A stretch of 64,000 bases of DNA from an uncultured delta proteobacterium (GTDB taxonomy: Bacteria; Desulfobacterota; Binatia; UBA9968). Each line of letters starts with the position of its first letter. Positions within the stretch are counted from its first letter, which is position 1. Below the pieces are notes generated by a model. That model saw nothing but the letters and a program-made list of their open reading frames with translations, was not told where the DNA came from and ran no database searches. The DNA is taken from assembly GCA_963840855.1 (NCBI GenBank), contig CAWJBB010000002.1, forward strand, positions 32,001-96,000, given 5' to 3'. Positions 19,052-30,044 of the stretch are shown here, piece by piece. A program made the translations under genes and the position numbers.

Positions 19052-20035
19052 ATGAACATCGATTTTCACGCCCATATCTATCCCGAAGAATATTTAAAGA
19101 AGCTCGAAGCCTCGAAAGGAGACGTGAGAATCGAACCCAATGCGAAGGGCGAGAAGTTTATTCTGAGCATGGGCGCCAAGGCGGGACCGGTAACGCCGGA
19201 CTTTTTCGACATCGACGTCAGAGTCGACCGCATCAAAGAAAACCGCGTCGACATGCAGATCCTCTCCTCGCCGCATCCGGGCGTGGATCGTTTTTCCCCG
19301 GAAGAAAGCGCCGACATGAGCCGGATCATCAACGACGGCATCGCCCAGGCCGTGCGCAAATACCCGAAGCAGTTTCAGGGCGTCGCCATGTTGCCGCTGA
19401 TCGATACCAAACTGGCGCTGAAGGAACTCGACCGGGCGATTTTAGACCTCGGCCTCAAGGGCCTGTGCATGCTCACCAACGTGGCGGGGAAAACTTCGGA
19501 CTCGGATTTTCTCTTGCCCGTCTACGAGCGCGCGCAAGAGCTTGGCGTGCCGATCTTCATCCACCCCACGACGCCTCTAGGCGCGCAGGTGATGCAGGAG
19601 TGGCGGCTGGCGATCATTCTTGGATTTGAGTTCGATATCGTGCTATCGGCAACGCGGCTCGCCTATTCCGGCGTGCTCGACCGCTTTCCGGAGTTGAACT
19701 TCGTCGTCTCACATTTGGGCGCCGGCATTCCATTTCTAGCGGGTCGAATCGACCGGGGCTATCACGATCCGACCTGCGGTATCAAAACCAAGAAACCCAC
19801 CTCCGATTATCTCCGCGATCTCTATTGCGACACGGTTTCTTTTTACCAGCCGGCCTTGGCGATGGCTTACGAGTTCTACGGCGCGGAAAGAATGGTTCTC
19901 GGCAGTGATTTTCCACTGATTATCGGCGATTTGCCGGGGGCGGTGCCGAGCATCGAGGCGATGCCCATCCCGCAGCGTGAGAAAGAAAAAATTCTTGGCG
20001 AGAACGTCGTGCGGTTACTAAAACTGAATATCTAG
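19052..20035 (+). CDS. Amidohydrolase_2 family protein (ACMSD-like decarboxylase/hydratase)
   Basis: 'IDFHAH', 'FIHP', 'SHLGAG', 'LGSDFP'. Confidence 0.9.
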   Translation: MNIDFHAHIYPEEYLKKLEASKGDVRIEPNAKGEKFILSMGAKAGPVTPDFFDIDVRVDRIKENRVDMQILSSPHPGVDRFSPEESADMSRIINDGIAQAVRKYPKQFQGVAMLPLIDTKLALKELDRAILDLGLKGLCMLTNVAGKTSDSDFLLPVYERAQELGVPIFIHPTTPLGAQVMQEWRLAIILGFEFDIVLSATRLAYSGVLDRFPELNFVVSHLGAGIPFLAGRIDRGYHDPTCGIKTKKPTSDYLRDLYCDTVSFYQPALAMAYEFYGAERMVLGSDFPLIIGDLPGAVPSIEAMPIPQREKEKILGENVVRLLKLNI

Positions 20036-20045
20036 CAGGCTGCGT

Positions 20046-20558
20046 TCATCCCGAGGATCTATTTTTATCGCTTTCCTGAGCGCGGCCGCCAATGAACTTC
20101 GCCGCCTCGGATGCGTTCCAGCCAAACTCGACATTGCCGCGCATGCACGAACCGGCAGCGACCGTCAATGTTGCCGCCTTTAAATCGCCGATCAGCTGCC
20201 CCGATTCCAGTAGCCTGACGTGTGAACTGGCCACGATATTGCCTTCGATCTCGCCGGCAATGGTGACGCTCGCGGCGTTAATATTCGCTGCGATGTGCGC
20301 GCCCTTTTCGATACTTAAATCCCCTTTGATCTGTATATCCCCTATGAATTTTCCGGCGATGCGCAGATCCGCGTCCCCTTCGATTGTCCCTTCTATGGTA
20401 ACTCCGGAGCCAAATATCGATTCACGATGAGCTTTCGGCGCGCTTTCCTTCACCACTGGCGCCGGAACAGGAGCCAGAACCGCGTGAGCTGTGGTCGATG
20501 GTTCTACACGTGGAGTTTCTTCTTGCCTCTCTTGTGCCGGCTGGTTCCAAACTACCAT
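20046..20558 (-). CDS. Bactofilin (polymer-forming cytoskeletal protein)
   Basis: Beta-helix repeats 'IEGTIEGDADLRIAGKFIGDIQ..V..AGEIEGNI'; RBS AGGAGG. Confidence 0.9.
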   Translation of the reverse strand: MVVWNQPAQERQEETPRVEPSTTAHAVLAPVPAPVVKESAPKAHRESIFGSGVTIEGTIEGDADLRIAGKFIGDIQIKGDLSIEKGAHIAANINAASVTIAGEIEGNIVASSHVRLLESGQLIGDLKAATLTVAAGSCMRGNVEFGWNASEAAKFIGGRAQESDKNRSSG

Positions 20559-20949
20559 CGAAACCTCCTATCGTTTCGATAAATTGTCAACTTTTAATAG
20601 TTGTTAAAAATCTCTTATCAGAATCGGCGTAAATATCGCAAGACAAATGCCACCGACGGATCTCGAACGGCCAGGCGGTTTGAGTGCATCGACTCGAGGT
20701 AACGGAAACAATGGAATAAAAGCACTTTGTGAATTGTTAATCAGGTCACTTACTGTCTTATGTTGGCGGGAAAGAGTCACGCGAAATCAAACTATTATTG
20801 TAGACTGTCGGACCTGAGCTACACTGACAGCGAAGGAAAATTCCCTACATCGAACTCCTCGAATCCTCCCGCTCATGTGGCCTGAGGAGTTCGAGTGGTT
20901 TAGTTCACTAACTTGTATCCTGCACCGAAGTCCGTTGAATAGATGCGAC

Positions 20950-21037
20950 GTCATTCCGGGCAAGCTGGCGATAGCTAGCGCGACCCGGAATCCAGGAAAT
21001 CAAGATACTTCTGGATACCCGCTTTCGCGGGTATGAC
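20950..21037. repeat. Palindromic intergenic repeat, copy 2 (same family as 713-800)
   Basis: GTCATTCCGGGCAAGCTGGCGA.AGCTAGCGCGACCCGGAATCCAGG shared. Confidence 0.8.
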
Positions 21038-21099
21038 GTTAGAGAGGGTGGTTTTTATTCTGCGCAATTCAGTTCCATGCCACCGGCGGAGGCTGAGAT

Positions 21100-21420
21100 T
21101 GTACATCCATTTCGGCCAGCGTCACACCGTTGGCGGCATCGTGGTTTGGCTCTGCCAGACCGTTGGTCCGAATGGTAGTCCGGCCCCGGCGCCGGTCGAT
21201 CCCATTGCAATCACACCGCTATGCCCTGCGGAAGGCACCGTCACCGGAACCATCACCCCGGGTGAGGTGCTCGCCCAAACCGCACAGGGGATCGCTGCCG
21301 GAGAGTTCGAAGAAGTCGTCCGCGCGCTCCGCTCTGGCGCGGCGTACGCCAACGTTCACTCGAGCTTATTTGGCGCGGCGAAATCCGCGGCCAGATCCGC
21401 GACTCCCACAGACATTGAGA
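21100..21420 (+). pseudogene. CHRD-domain protein fragment
   Basis: 'IHFGQ..GGIVVWLC', 'GAAYANVHS', frameshifted 'GEIRGQI'; no N-terminus. Confidence 0.65.
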
Positions 21421-21579
21421 CTAAGATTAAGCACTTTCGCTCGCGGCTAGATTCTTCAATTTTGATCAGCGAGCGAAATCTACGGAGTATATGGGGAGCC
21501 TGGCGTTCGCGCGACGCCGGGCTCTTTCGTTTCTAAGATCTAAGAAACCGACGGGTTTGGCCGCTGCCACGGCGCACCT

Positions 21580-22528
21580 TCACTTCTGCCCCAGTTCGGC
21601 CATCACTTCATTGACAAATCGCAGATCCATGTATTCGACAGGTTTGCGTTTGGGTTTCGTGTTCAACGCGATGGCCTGCCACTGCGCCATTAACTCCACG
21701 CCCTTTTCCGTCGGCACCGGCACCAGCGCTTCCCGGATCATCTGATAGGCGTCCTGGGCGGCGTCGCGCTGGAGGCCGAGACGCTTCATCGTCACTTGCA
21801 ACGCGTCTTCAGGATTATCGCGGGTATGAATGACAGACCTGGCGATGGCGCGGACCATCTTTTTTACCATTTGGGGATTCTCTTTGATGGTCTTAGCGGT
21901 CGCAGCCAGTCCTGTGAAGGCCGTGTCCTTGAAGATGTCCGCCAGGCTGACCAGCCGCTTCATGCCTGACTTCATCGCCAGATAATCGGCCGGCGGCGCC
22001 AGCAAGGCGCCGGCGATAATGCCTTGCTTCAAGCGCCGCGATCTTGGGTTCATTGCCCGGCAGACTGATGTATTCTACGTCCTTGTCCGGATTGATCTTG
22101 TTCAATTCCAACAAAGCTTTCGTCCCTGCCGCCGTCGAGCCGCCAAAGGTCACCCCCAGTTTTTTGCCCTTGAGATCGGAAATTTTCTGGATATCCGGCG
22201 TAACCACGAGGGAAAAAGTCGGCCGCCCAACTTGCTGGGCCAAAAGCATGATGTCGTTGCCTTCCCAGACCGCCGGCATCTGCGGGCCGATGGAAAAAAT
22301 AAACTGAATCTGATTGGCAAGCAGCGCCTGCACTGCGGTGGTGGCACCGCGCACGAATACCAGCTCCAACTCCAGCCCTTCGCGCTTGTAGAATCCTCTT
22401 TCCGCGGCGACCATCATCGGCAGTATTTGTATGCTCGGTGAGGGAAACGCGCCGCGCACCTGCTGGGCGCCAACTTGACCGGCCATCAGGATAAAGCCCA
22501 ACGCCGAAAGGATTACGGTTTGTCGCAT
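21580..22528 (-). CDS. ABC substrate-binding protein (NMT1/SsuA-like), one frameshift near 22032
   Basis: Signal peptide; 'GFYKREGLELE', 'DLKGKKLGV'; C-terminal half in another frame. Confidence 0.75.
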
Positions 22529-22688
22529 CGAATGCTCCTTTGCCGCCTTGATCACAGCTCCCATAGAACGATTAACCTTTGGGGTCAAGAGTAATTTGAA
22601 AGGTGCCGGGGACTTGGAATTCGTTACGACGATTGACTTGCTCACTCCAACTGCGCTAACTGTCATCGCCAGTAGTCGGAGGTGGAAC

Positions 22689-23777
22689 TTGAAAATCACG
22701 GATATCAGAGCGACGTTGCATCGAGTCCCGGTTGAAGTGCCGCTGCTTAAGGAAAAGATCGTGACGGCAGTGCTATTTGTCGCGGTGGAAACCGATGAGG
22801 GCATCACCGGCAATGGCCTAACGCGCGGCTCAGCGCGCTTCGGCATGAAGGAATTCATCAACCGCGAGGTCGCGCCATTTTTAAAAGGCAAAAATCCGCT
22901 CGAAACCGAGCGAGTGTGGCAGTCGTTGCTCAAGCAATTCAACCCGCGCTCGCAGACCGGCATGTGGAGCTCGGCGGTCAGCGCCATCGATATCGCGCTC
23001 TGGGATATCAAGGGAAAGCATTACCGAGAACCGGTGTGGCGGCTCCTCGGCGGCGCGCAGAATCCCGTGCAGGCCTACGTCACTTTCGGCCTCAAGCAAT
23101 ATTCCAAAGAACAACTGATAGAGGTGGCCCAGCAGTTGGTAAAGCAAGGCGAGACACGCCTTAAGATGGTCGTCGCCGTCGATCCGGAAAATCCCAAGGT
23201 AGACGCGGCGCGCGTCGCCGCGGTACGAGAAGCGGTGGGCGACGATGTCGAACTGATGATCGACGCAAATTATCTGTTCTCGTTCAATCGGGCGCTGGAG
23301 CTGTGCAAGCTCGTCGAGCCTTATCACATCACCTGGTTCGAAGAACCCGTCTACCAAAACGACGCGGCACTGCTGGCCGACCTGCGCCGCCACACTTGCA
23401 TCCCGCTCGCCGCTGGACAAAACGAAGGACATCGTTTTCGCCACCGCGAGCTGATCGCTAACCACGCCGTTGACATCGCGCAACCCAACGTCTGTTCGGT
23501 GGGGGGGTACACCGAGGCTGTGAAAGTCGCGGCGCTGGCCCAAGCATTCAATTTGCCCATTGCCAACGGCGGCGGCTGGCCGCACCACAATATGCACCTG
23601 CAAGCAGCCATGGCCAACGGCTGGCGCGTCGAGTTTCACTTCGAGATGTGGGGCGTGGGCGACAAGATTTACAAGGAACCGCCGGCGCCGGATCGCGGCT
23701 GGGTGACGCTTCCGGAAACGCCGGGGTTAGGATTGCAGCCGCGCATGGACGCACTTGAAGAGTATGAGGAGAAGTGA
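22689..23777 (+). CDS. Mandelate racemase/muconate lactonizing enzyme family
   Basis: 'SAIDIALWDIKGK', 'LMIDAN', 'WFEEP', 'PGLG'; TTG start after GGAGG. Confidence 0.9.
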   Translation: MKITDIRATLHRVPVEVPLLKEKIVTAVLFVAVETDEGITGNGLTRGSARFGMKEFINREVAPFLKGKNPLETERVWQSLLKQFNPRSQTGMWSSAVSAIDIALWDIKGKHYREPVWRLLGGAQNPVQAYVTFGLKQYSKEQLIEVAQQLVKQGETRLKMVVAVDPENPKVDAARVAAVREAVGDDVELMIDANYLFSFNRALELCKLVEPYHITWFEEPVYQNDAALLADLRRHTCIPLAAGQNEGHRFRHRELIANHAVDIAQPNVCSVGGYTEAVKVAALAQAFNLPIANGGGWPHHNMHLQAAMANGWRVEFHFEMWGVGDKIYKEPPAPDRGWVTLPETPGLGLQPRMDALEEYEEK

Positions 23778-23843
23778 ACTGGCGAACCGTAGATATAGCA
23801 AGAAAGGAAGAATATATTAGCCGCGAGCGGGCGAGACAATCCT

Positions 23844-24863
23844 ATGAAATTCGGCGCACATATGCTCCCGACTTATGCACCCGAACTCGACGGGCCCGTG
23901 CCGGATTATTACGGGCGCTTGTTCGAGCAAATTATTGAATTTGAAAAACTCGGTTTCGACCAAGCTTGGGTTACCGAACATCATTTCGGTGGCTACGGCG
24001 GCATCCTGCCGCACCCGCCGACTTTCCTCTCGGCGGCCGCCGCTAAGACGTCGCGCATTCGCCTCGGCGTCGCCATTGCCGTCTTGCCGTTGCATAATCC
24101 ACTGGATCTGGCGGAGTCCTATGCTATGGCGGATATCGTTTCCGGCGGGCGGTTGGATTTCGGCATCGGCAAAGGCAGTGAGCCGGTGGAGTACCGGAAA
24201 TTCGGCGCGGACCGCGATGAGGCTACCCGGCGTTTCAAAGAAAGCAGCGAAATTATTCGCCAAGCATGGTCCGACGAGCCGGTGAATTTCCGCGGCGAGT
24301 TCTTCAACTATGAGAATGTAAATATTCTACCCAAGCCGGTGCAACGCCCGCATCCGCGTATCTGGGTCGGCGCGACGCGCACTGAGGAGACGTTTCGCGA
24401 CGCGGGTAAAAACGGCTACGACCTAATGACGGTGCCCTTCGTTCATCCATCCACGGATGCTATGCGCGATCTCGTCAAGCTGTACCGCGACGAGCTTTCA
24501 CGGGCGGGCCATGACTTCGTCGGGCGCGAAGTTTTGGGCAAGTTTCATATATATGTATCGGATAGCTATGAACGGGGCGTCCGCGAAGCGGGTCCGTACA
24601 TGAAAAACTACAGCGACATCCACGCCGCCGTGGACCCCAATCGCAGACTGACCAGCCGCGATATCGGTTCCGACATGGCACGCGGCTTCATCATCGTCGG
24701 CGATCCCGAACGCTGCAGCGAGACGATTCGGCGCTGGCACGAAGAGGCCGGCATCACGACTTTTTCCGGCACCTTTCATTTCGGTGGCATGCCGCAGGAA
24801 ATGGCGCTCAAGAATATGCGGCTGTTCGCCGAGCGGGTGAAGCCGGCTCTCGAAGGATTGTGA
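23844..24863 (+). CDS. LLM-class (luciferase-like) flavin-dependent oxidoreductase
   Basis: 'WVTEHH', 'PLHNP..LAES..D..SGGRL', 'PKPVQRPHP'. Confidence 0.92.
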   Translation: MKFGAHMLPTYAPELDGPVPDYYGRLFEQIIEFEKLGFDQAWVTEHHFGGYGGILPHPPTFLSAAAAKTSRIRLGVAIAVLPLHNPLDLAESYAMADIVSGGRLDFGIGKGSEPVEYRKFGADRDEATRRFKESSEIIRQAWSDEPVNFRGEFFNYENVNILPKPVQRPHPRIWVGATRTEETFRDAGKNGYDLMTVPFVHPSTDAMRDLVKLYRDELSRAGHDFVGREVLGKFHIYVSDSYERGVREAGPYMKNYSDIHAAVDPNRRLTSRDIGSDMARGFIIVGDPERCSETIRRWHEEAGITTFSGTFHFGGMPQEMALKNMRLFAERVKPALEGL

Positions 24864-24882
24864 GCGCGGAGGACGAGGACAT

Positions 24883-26535
24883 ATGGCGATTCACCCTCTG
24901 GCGGGAAAACCGGCGCCTGACGACATATTGATCGACGTCACTGAGATCGAGAAAGCCTACTATGAGCGCGGGCCCAACGTCGAAGATCCGCAACAGTTAG
25001 TCAGTTTCGGTACCAGCGGCCACCGCGGCAGCCCCCTGGATGCCACCTTCAATGAAGCGCATGTTCTGGCCATCACCCAGGCGATCTGCGACTATCGCGC
25101 CGGCCAAAACATATCCGGGCGACTGTTCATGGGCAAAGACACCCATGCCGCCTCCGGCCCCGCGCAGCGGAGCGCGTTGGAAGTTCTCGCCGCCAATGGC
25201 GTTGAAACCGTCATTCAGCGCGACGACGGTTTCACCCCCACGCCGGCTATTTCGCGGGCCATATTGGTTCACAACCGGGGCAAAAAAGAAGCTCTTGCCG
25301 ACGGCATCGTCGTGACGCCGTCCCACAACCCGCCGGCCGACGGTGGCTTCAAATATAATCCACCTGAGGGCGGTCCGGCCGATACCGATGTTACGGAATG
25401 GATTCAAGAGCGCGCCAACGCGCTGCTGCGGGAAGGCAACCGAAACGTCAAGCGACTTGCTTATGATGCCGCCATCAGAGTGCCAACGACGCATCAAGCG
25501 GAAATGGCCGGTCCCTACGTCGACGATCTCGCCAAGGTGATCGACATGGCGGTGATCCGCTCCGCAAAGGTGAGGATCGGCGTCGATCCGCTCGGCGGCA
25601 GCGCCCTTGGGTATTGGCAGAAAATTGCCGAGCGCTACCGATTCGATATGACCATCGTGAATTCACGGGTCGACCCGACTTTCAAATTTATGACCCTGGA
25701 TCACGACGGCAAGATTCGCATGGATTGCTCCAGTCCTTACGCAATGGCCGGCTTGGTGAATCTGAAAGACCGCTATCAAGTCGCCTTTGGTAACGACGCC
25801 GACGCAGACCGCCACGGCATCGTCACGCCGTCGATGGGATTGATGAATCCCAATCACTATCTCGCCGTGGCGATTCACTATCTGCTGACCCACCGGCCCG
25901 GTTGGTCTAAAGATACTGCAGTCGGCAAGACTCTCGTGAGCAGCTCCCTCATCGATCGAGTAGTCGAGCGGCATGGACGGAAGCTTTACGAAGTGCCCGT
26001 CGGTTTCAAATGGTTTTCACCGGGCCTGTTCGATGGGTCGATCTGCTTCGGCGGCGAGGAGAGCGCGGGAGCGAGCTTTCTCCGTAGCGATGGAACGGTC
26101 TGGACCACGGACAAAGACGGCATCATTCTTTGTTTGTTGGCGGCGGAGATCATCGCCACCACCGGACGGGATCCGGCGCGCTGGTACGTTGACTTGACCA
26201 ACAAGTTGGGACGACCTTGCTATTCGCGCACTGATGTGCCGGCCAACGCGGCGCAGAAGAAGGCTCTCAAGGCGCTTCGTGCCGAGGCCCTAGCGGCAAA
26301 TCAACTTGCCGGCGAGCCGATTACCGCCAAGCTAACCCATGCGCCGGGCAACGGCGCCGAAATCGGCGGGCTGAAAGTCTCCGCGGCCAATGGTTGGTTC
26401 GCCGTGCGTCCTTCTGGCACCGAAGATTTGTGCAAGATTTATGCGGAGAGCCTCAAGTCGGAGGAGCATTTGAAACTCATTCAAGAAGAGGCTTGGCAAA
26501 TCGTGCAGTCGGTGTTTGCCGCGAGCGGCCAGTAA
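24883..26535 (+). CDS. pgm: Phosphoglucomutase (alpha-D-glucose-1,6-bisphosphate dependent)
   Basis: 'FGTSGHRG', 'TPSHNP', 'DADADRHG', 'GGEESAG', 'RPSGTE'. Confidence 0.97.
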   Translation: MAIHPLAGKPAPDDILIDVTEIEKAYYERGPNVEDPQQLVSFGTSGHRGSPLDATFNEAHVLAITQAICDYRAGQNISGRLFMGKDTHAASGPAQRSALEVLAANGVETVIQRDDGFTPTPAISRAILVHNRGKKEALADGIVVTPSHNPPADGGFKYNPPEGGPADTDVTEWIQERANALLREGNRNVKRLAYDAAIRVPTTHQAEMAGPYVDDLAKVIDMAVIRSAKVRIGVDPLGGSALGYWQKIAERYRFDMTIVNSRVDPTFKFMTLDHDGKIRMDCSSPYAMAGLVNLKDRYQVAFGNDADADRHGIVTPSMGLMNPNHYLAVAIHYLLTHRPGWSKDTAVGKTLVSSSLIDRVVERHGRKLYEVPVGFKWFSPGLFDGSICFGGEESAGASFLRSDGTVWTTDKDGIILCLLAAEIIATTGRDPARWYVDLTNKLGRPCYSRTDVPANAAQKKALKALRAEALAANQLAGEPITAKLTHAPGNGAEIGGLKVSAANGWFAVRPSGTEDLCKIYAESLKSEEHLKLIQEEAWQIVQSVFAASGQ

Positions 26536-26687
26536 CGACCAGCTAGAGGGCTTCATTGCATCTTGACAGCTTATCGAAGCATCCCGTATTTTACAGGGCA
26601 TTTAGGGCCCGGCCTGGATTGCCACGCCGATTGCTTGCCGCGAAGACGAGAATTGTTGCAATTGAGTTCGTATTGAGGAGGCGATAC

Positions 26688-27374
26688 ATGATGCGCGGAA
26701 TAGGGAGGCGAGCAGCGGTATCGATCACCTTCGCAACCCTGTTGGGGTTTTGGATGGTGTCTTGCGTTGCCACGCAAAGCGACCAAGAGGGCGCGAAGCA
26801 ACAATCTGCTAAAGCAGCAGAAAAGCAATCGGTAAGCGAGGTGTCGCTAGTTCTCGGCGCCCAAAAAGTGGCTCCGCCTCCGCCTAAGCCAAAGCCCGCC
26901 GTCTCTCCCCCACCAAAGCACACGACCCCGGCCTCCTACTATGAGCCCGTGGGCCCCTTCTTTTTCTATGTGGAAACCTTAACGAGCAACGGGCCGAGCA
27001 GGTACGGTGTCACGTCAACAGTCCCCTGCGTTCAGAGCGGCGTATTCAAGCGCGGCATGAGGCTTGTCTTTCGCTACGAGATCCTCGACACCTCGACGGG
27101 CAAGCGCGTCACGGATAAAGATGGCGCAACAACTAAAGTCAGATTGCAGCATGGTGAAGAAATCCCGGCGCGCTGGGCGATCCGCGGGAGTGTAAACGCC
27201 CTGCCGGACTCGGCTTGGATGTGGGATGTCGCTTGGGACATTCCGCCGGATTATCCGGTAGGTTCCTTGGACTATACCCTAGTGGTGAGCACTAAGGATG
27301 GCCGCACGGGAACATTTACTCCCCCGATTCAGAAAACTCCGACCTCGGATACCCGTGTGAGAATCATCGACTAA
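26688..27374 (+). CDS. Hypothetical lipoprotein with Pro-rich linker and Ig-like domain
   Basis: RBS GAGGAGG; lipobox-like 'MVSC'; PPPPKPKP linker; beta-rich C-terminus. Confidence 0.7.
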   Translation: MMRGIGRRAAVSITFATLLGFWMVSCVATQSDQEGAKQQSAKAAEKQSVSEVSLVLGAQKVAPPPPKPKPAVSPPPKHTTPASYYEPVGPFFFYVETLTSNGPSRYGVTSTVPCVQSGVFKRGMRLVFRYEILDTSTGKRVTDKDGATTKVRLQHGEEIPARWAIRGSVNALPDSAWMWDVAWDIPPDYPVGSLDYTLVVSTKDGRTGTFTPPIQKTPTSDTRVRIID

Positions 27375-27386
27375 CGGGGGTGTAAT

Positions 27387-28982
27387 ATGGGAAGCGTTAC
27401 GAGTCCTGTCAGGCGAGGGCTGCAAATTGCATTGATAGCGTTCGCGCTTCTGATTCTGCTTGGATTGCTCGCGGCCTCTGGCTATGGCCTACGGCCCGAC
27501 TCCACGGCAATCGCAGCAAGTACAAATTCACCCGTCGTCGCTCAAGCCACCAAGCCAAAGGCAATACCGGCGCCGCTCAAGCTGCTCAAGGTCGACCCGG
27601 TTAAAGGCTATGTCGGAGACTCTTTTACGGTCAAGGGGGAGGGGCTGGCGTTAGGCAAGAACGTCGAGTTTTTCTGGGCCACCGCCGACGCCGCTTATTT
27701 GACCAAGGTGCTGGCTGACAACGTCGAGTACCACGAGCGCAAGTACGAAGAAAAACGCGTGCGCATAGGTAGCGCACCGGTCGATGCCCAGGGCAGAGTC
27801 AGCGTGATTTTCACTGCACCGGAGGACTTTGGCGAGGTACATGATCTGTACGCTGTCGTAGAAGGGCAGGATGTGGCCCGCGGCGGTTTCCGCATTCTCC
27901 GCAGCGCGATGATCACCCCTACTGAAGGCCCTGTGGGAACACCGATCACCGTGGCCGTTAAGGGGCTCAGCTGGAGAGGATTCGAGCAATTCATGGCGCT
28001 GCGCTACGACAACAAATACACCGGCGAAATGTCGGCAGTGACAACTAAGGGGAGCGCTGTCTTTCAAATCCGTGCCGCAGGACCTCCCGGCAAGCACATC
28101 ATTCAGCTCAATAACAGCACCGCCTATGCGCCCGGAGCCTATCTCAACACCCAGCAATCGCCGCAGGATTACATTTACGCTCACCTCGACAACAAACAAG
28201 AGTTTCGTTTTGCCTTCAACGTCACCAAGGATGCCGGTCCCCCGCCCGACCTTCTTCAGTGGCCGGACAGCGAGCGCGTCGCTCGACTTAACAGCCATGC
28301 GCCGCGGACGACCATCAGCATGAAAGCGCCGTCCTCCGGTTCTGCGACATTAAATCCCGCTTCGGGACCCGTTCTCTCACAAACTACTTTGCGAGCCATC
28401 GGTCTCCCTCCTAATGCGGAAGTCGGTCTATTCTTTGTTACCGCCCGGGGGAACCGCATGACACCAAGCGGTTGGAACCTGCAAAGCATGCCGCTTTCGA
28501 CGAAAACAACCAAGCCGGACGGCTCGCTGACTGCCACCATTCAGATTCCGGATGATTTGGGCGGCTGGCACGCGGTGAAACTGGTGGCGCGCGATCAGGT
28601 GTTGATGGAGATTCCGTATTATGTCGAGCACAGCCTCGTGACTGTAAACCCGAAGCGCGTGAAGGTCGGCGAGACCTTCACCGTGCAGATCAAGGGCGTC
28701 GGTTGGACCGAACTGGACAACACCGTCGCCGTGACGTACGACAACGCCGCCATGGGCTATGCCTGCGGTTTTAACAGCAACGGCGATGTCACCATCAACC
28801 TCGTAGCCACGGGCCATCCAGGGACCCATTTAATCGATATGTATCCGGCTATCTACAAAGGCAGGGACCGAGTGCCGTGGAATTACCAGACGCCGTTTCT
28901 AACCTTCAGCCGCGATTTTCCCGCCTTGTCTCTGGGCTACCGTCTACCGGCGTATCGCCTGGCAGTTGAGGTTATTGAATAG
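27387..28982 (+). CDS. Hypothetical exported multi-beta-sandwich protein
   Basis: N-terminal hydrophobic helix; internal duplication (PEDFGEVH / PDDLGGWH; YDNKYTG / YDNAAMG). Confidence 0.75.
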   Translation: MGSVTSPVRRGLQIALIAFALLILLGLLAASGYGLRPDSTAIAASTNSPVVAQATKPKAIPAPLKLLKVDPVKGYVGDSFTVKGEGLALGKNVEFFWATADAAYLTKVLADNVEYHERKYEEKRVRIGSAPVDAQGRVSVIFTAPEDFGEVHDLYAVVEGQDVARGGFRILRSAMITPTEGPVGTPITVAVKGLSWRGFEQFMALRYDNKYTGEMSAVTTKGSAVFQIRAAGPPGKHIIQLNNSTAYAPGAYLNTQQSPQDYIYAHLDNKQEFRFAFNVTKDAGPPPDLLQWPDSERVARLNSHAPRTTISMKAPSSGSATLNPASGPVLSQTTLRAIGLPPNAEVGLFFVTARGNRMTPSGWNLQSMPLSTKTTKPDGSLTATIQIPDDLGGWHAVKLVARDQVLMEIPYYVEHSLVTVNPKRVKVGETFTVQIKGVGWTELDNTVAVTYDNAAMGYACGFNSNGDVTINLVATGHPGTHLIDMYPAIYKGRDRVPWNYQTPFLTFSRDFPALSLGYRLPAYRLAVEVIE

Positions 28983-29170
28983 CGCCGTAAGTTCAGACGG
29001 CCAAGCGAAAACCGCCGGATTGCAGTTAAACTCAGGTATCGGCCCACCAAAACAGGACCGTCATGGACTGCGGTGCGGGAGAATGAACGATCAAATTTTT
29101 CGGACTGGCCACGAAAATATGACACGGCTGAAATCAAATTCTCGCGCTGCTAAAAGGAAAGATTTTCACA

Positions 29171-30034
29171 ATGAAAAAAGTCGTGGTCACGGGCGGGAGC
29201 GGCAGACTTGGACAGTTCGTCATCCGCGAGCTGCTCGCGCACGGATATCAAGTTCTTAGCCTCGACAGAGTTCCGCCGCGGGAAAAGTTGTGTCCGAGCT
29301 GGATTGCCGATCTGCGTAATCCAGGCGATCTCTTCGAGTCGCTCAAGGAGGCGCACGGCATCATTCATCTGGGCGCTTATCAGGCGCCCAATCTCGCGGC
29401 GGATGCGGAAACCTTCGGCAACAACGTGACGTCAACCTATAATGTGTTGCGCGCCGCCGCCGATTCAAGGGTGAAAAAGGTCGTCGTCGCCTCGAGCACC
29501 GCGGCATTCGGTTTCATCTATGCGAAAAATCTCTGGGCGCCCGACTATTTGCCGCTCGATGAAAATCATCCTTCGAAACCTCGGGACTCCTACGGTCTTT
29601 CCAAAGTCGTCGGCGAGCAGATTGCCGATTCCATAGTGACGGTCCAAAAAGCGATGACCATCGCCAGCCTGCGCTTTCCCGGAGTCAACTTCGATCTTTC
29701 CTATGAGAGCTTTAGAGATCGCTGGCGCAACCCGGCGACGCGGGCGAGCGGCTTCTGGACCTATATCGATGCCCGCGATGCGGCGGAGACCTGCCGGCTG
29801 GCGCTGGAGGCGAAGTTTCACGGGCATGAAGTGTTTATCGCGTCGGCGCCATTGAATTGCATGATCCAACCGACCCGCGAGCTGGTCGGAAAGTACTTGC
29901 CCAGAGGCGCAAAAATAAGAAAAGTTTCGGGCACCCACTGGAGTTGCGTGGACTCCGCGAAAGCGCGCCGCGTGCTTGGTTTCAAGCCGAAGCATATCTG
30001 GCAAGATTATCTGAAAGAAAATATTGGACAGTGA
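29171..30034 (+). CDS. NAD-dependent epimerase/dehydratase
   Basis: TGGSGRLG; YGLSK. Confidence 0.92.
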   Translation: MKKVVVTGGSGRLGQFVIRELLAHGYQVLSLDRVPPREKLCPSWIADLRNPGDLFESLKEAHGIIHLGAYQAPNLAADAETFGNNVTSTYNVLRAAADSRVKKVVVASSTAAFGFIYAKNLWAPDYLPLDENHPSKPRDSYGLSKVVGEQIADSIVTVQKAMTIASLRFPGVNFDLSYESFRDRWRNPATRASGFWTYIDARDAAETCRLALEAKFHGHEVFIASAPLNCMIQPTRELVGKYLPRGAKIRKVSGTHWSCVDSAKARRVLGFKPKHIWQDYLKENIGQ

Positions 30035-30044
30035 GGCTTGGGTT

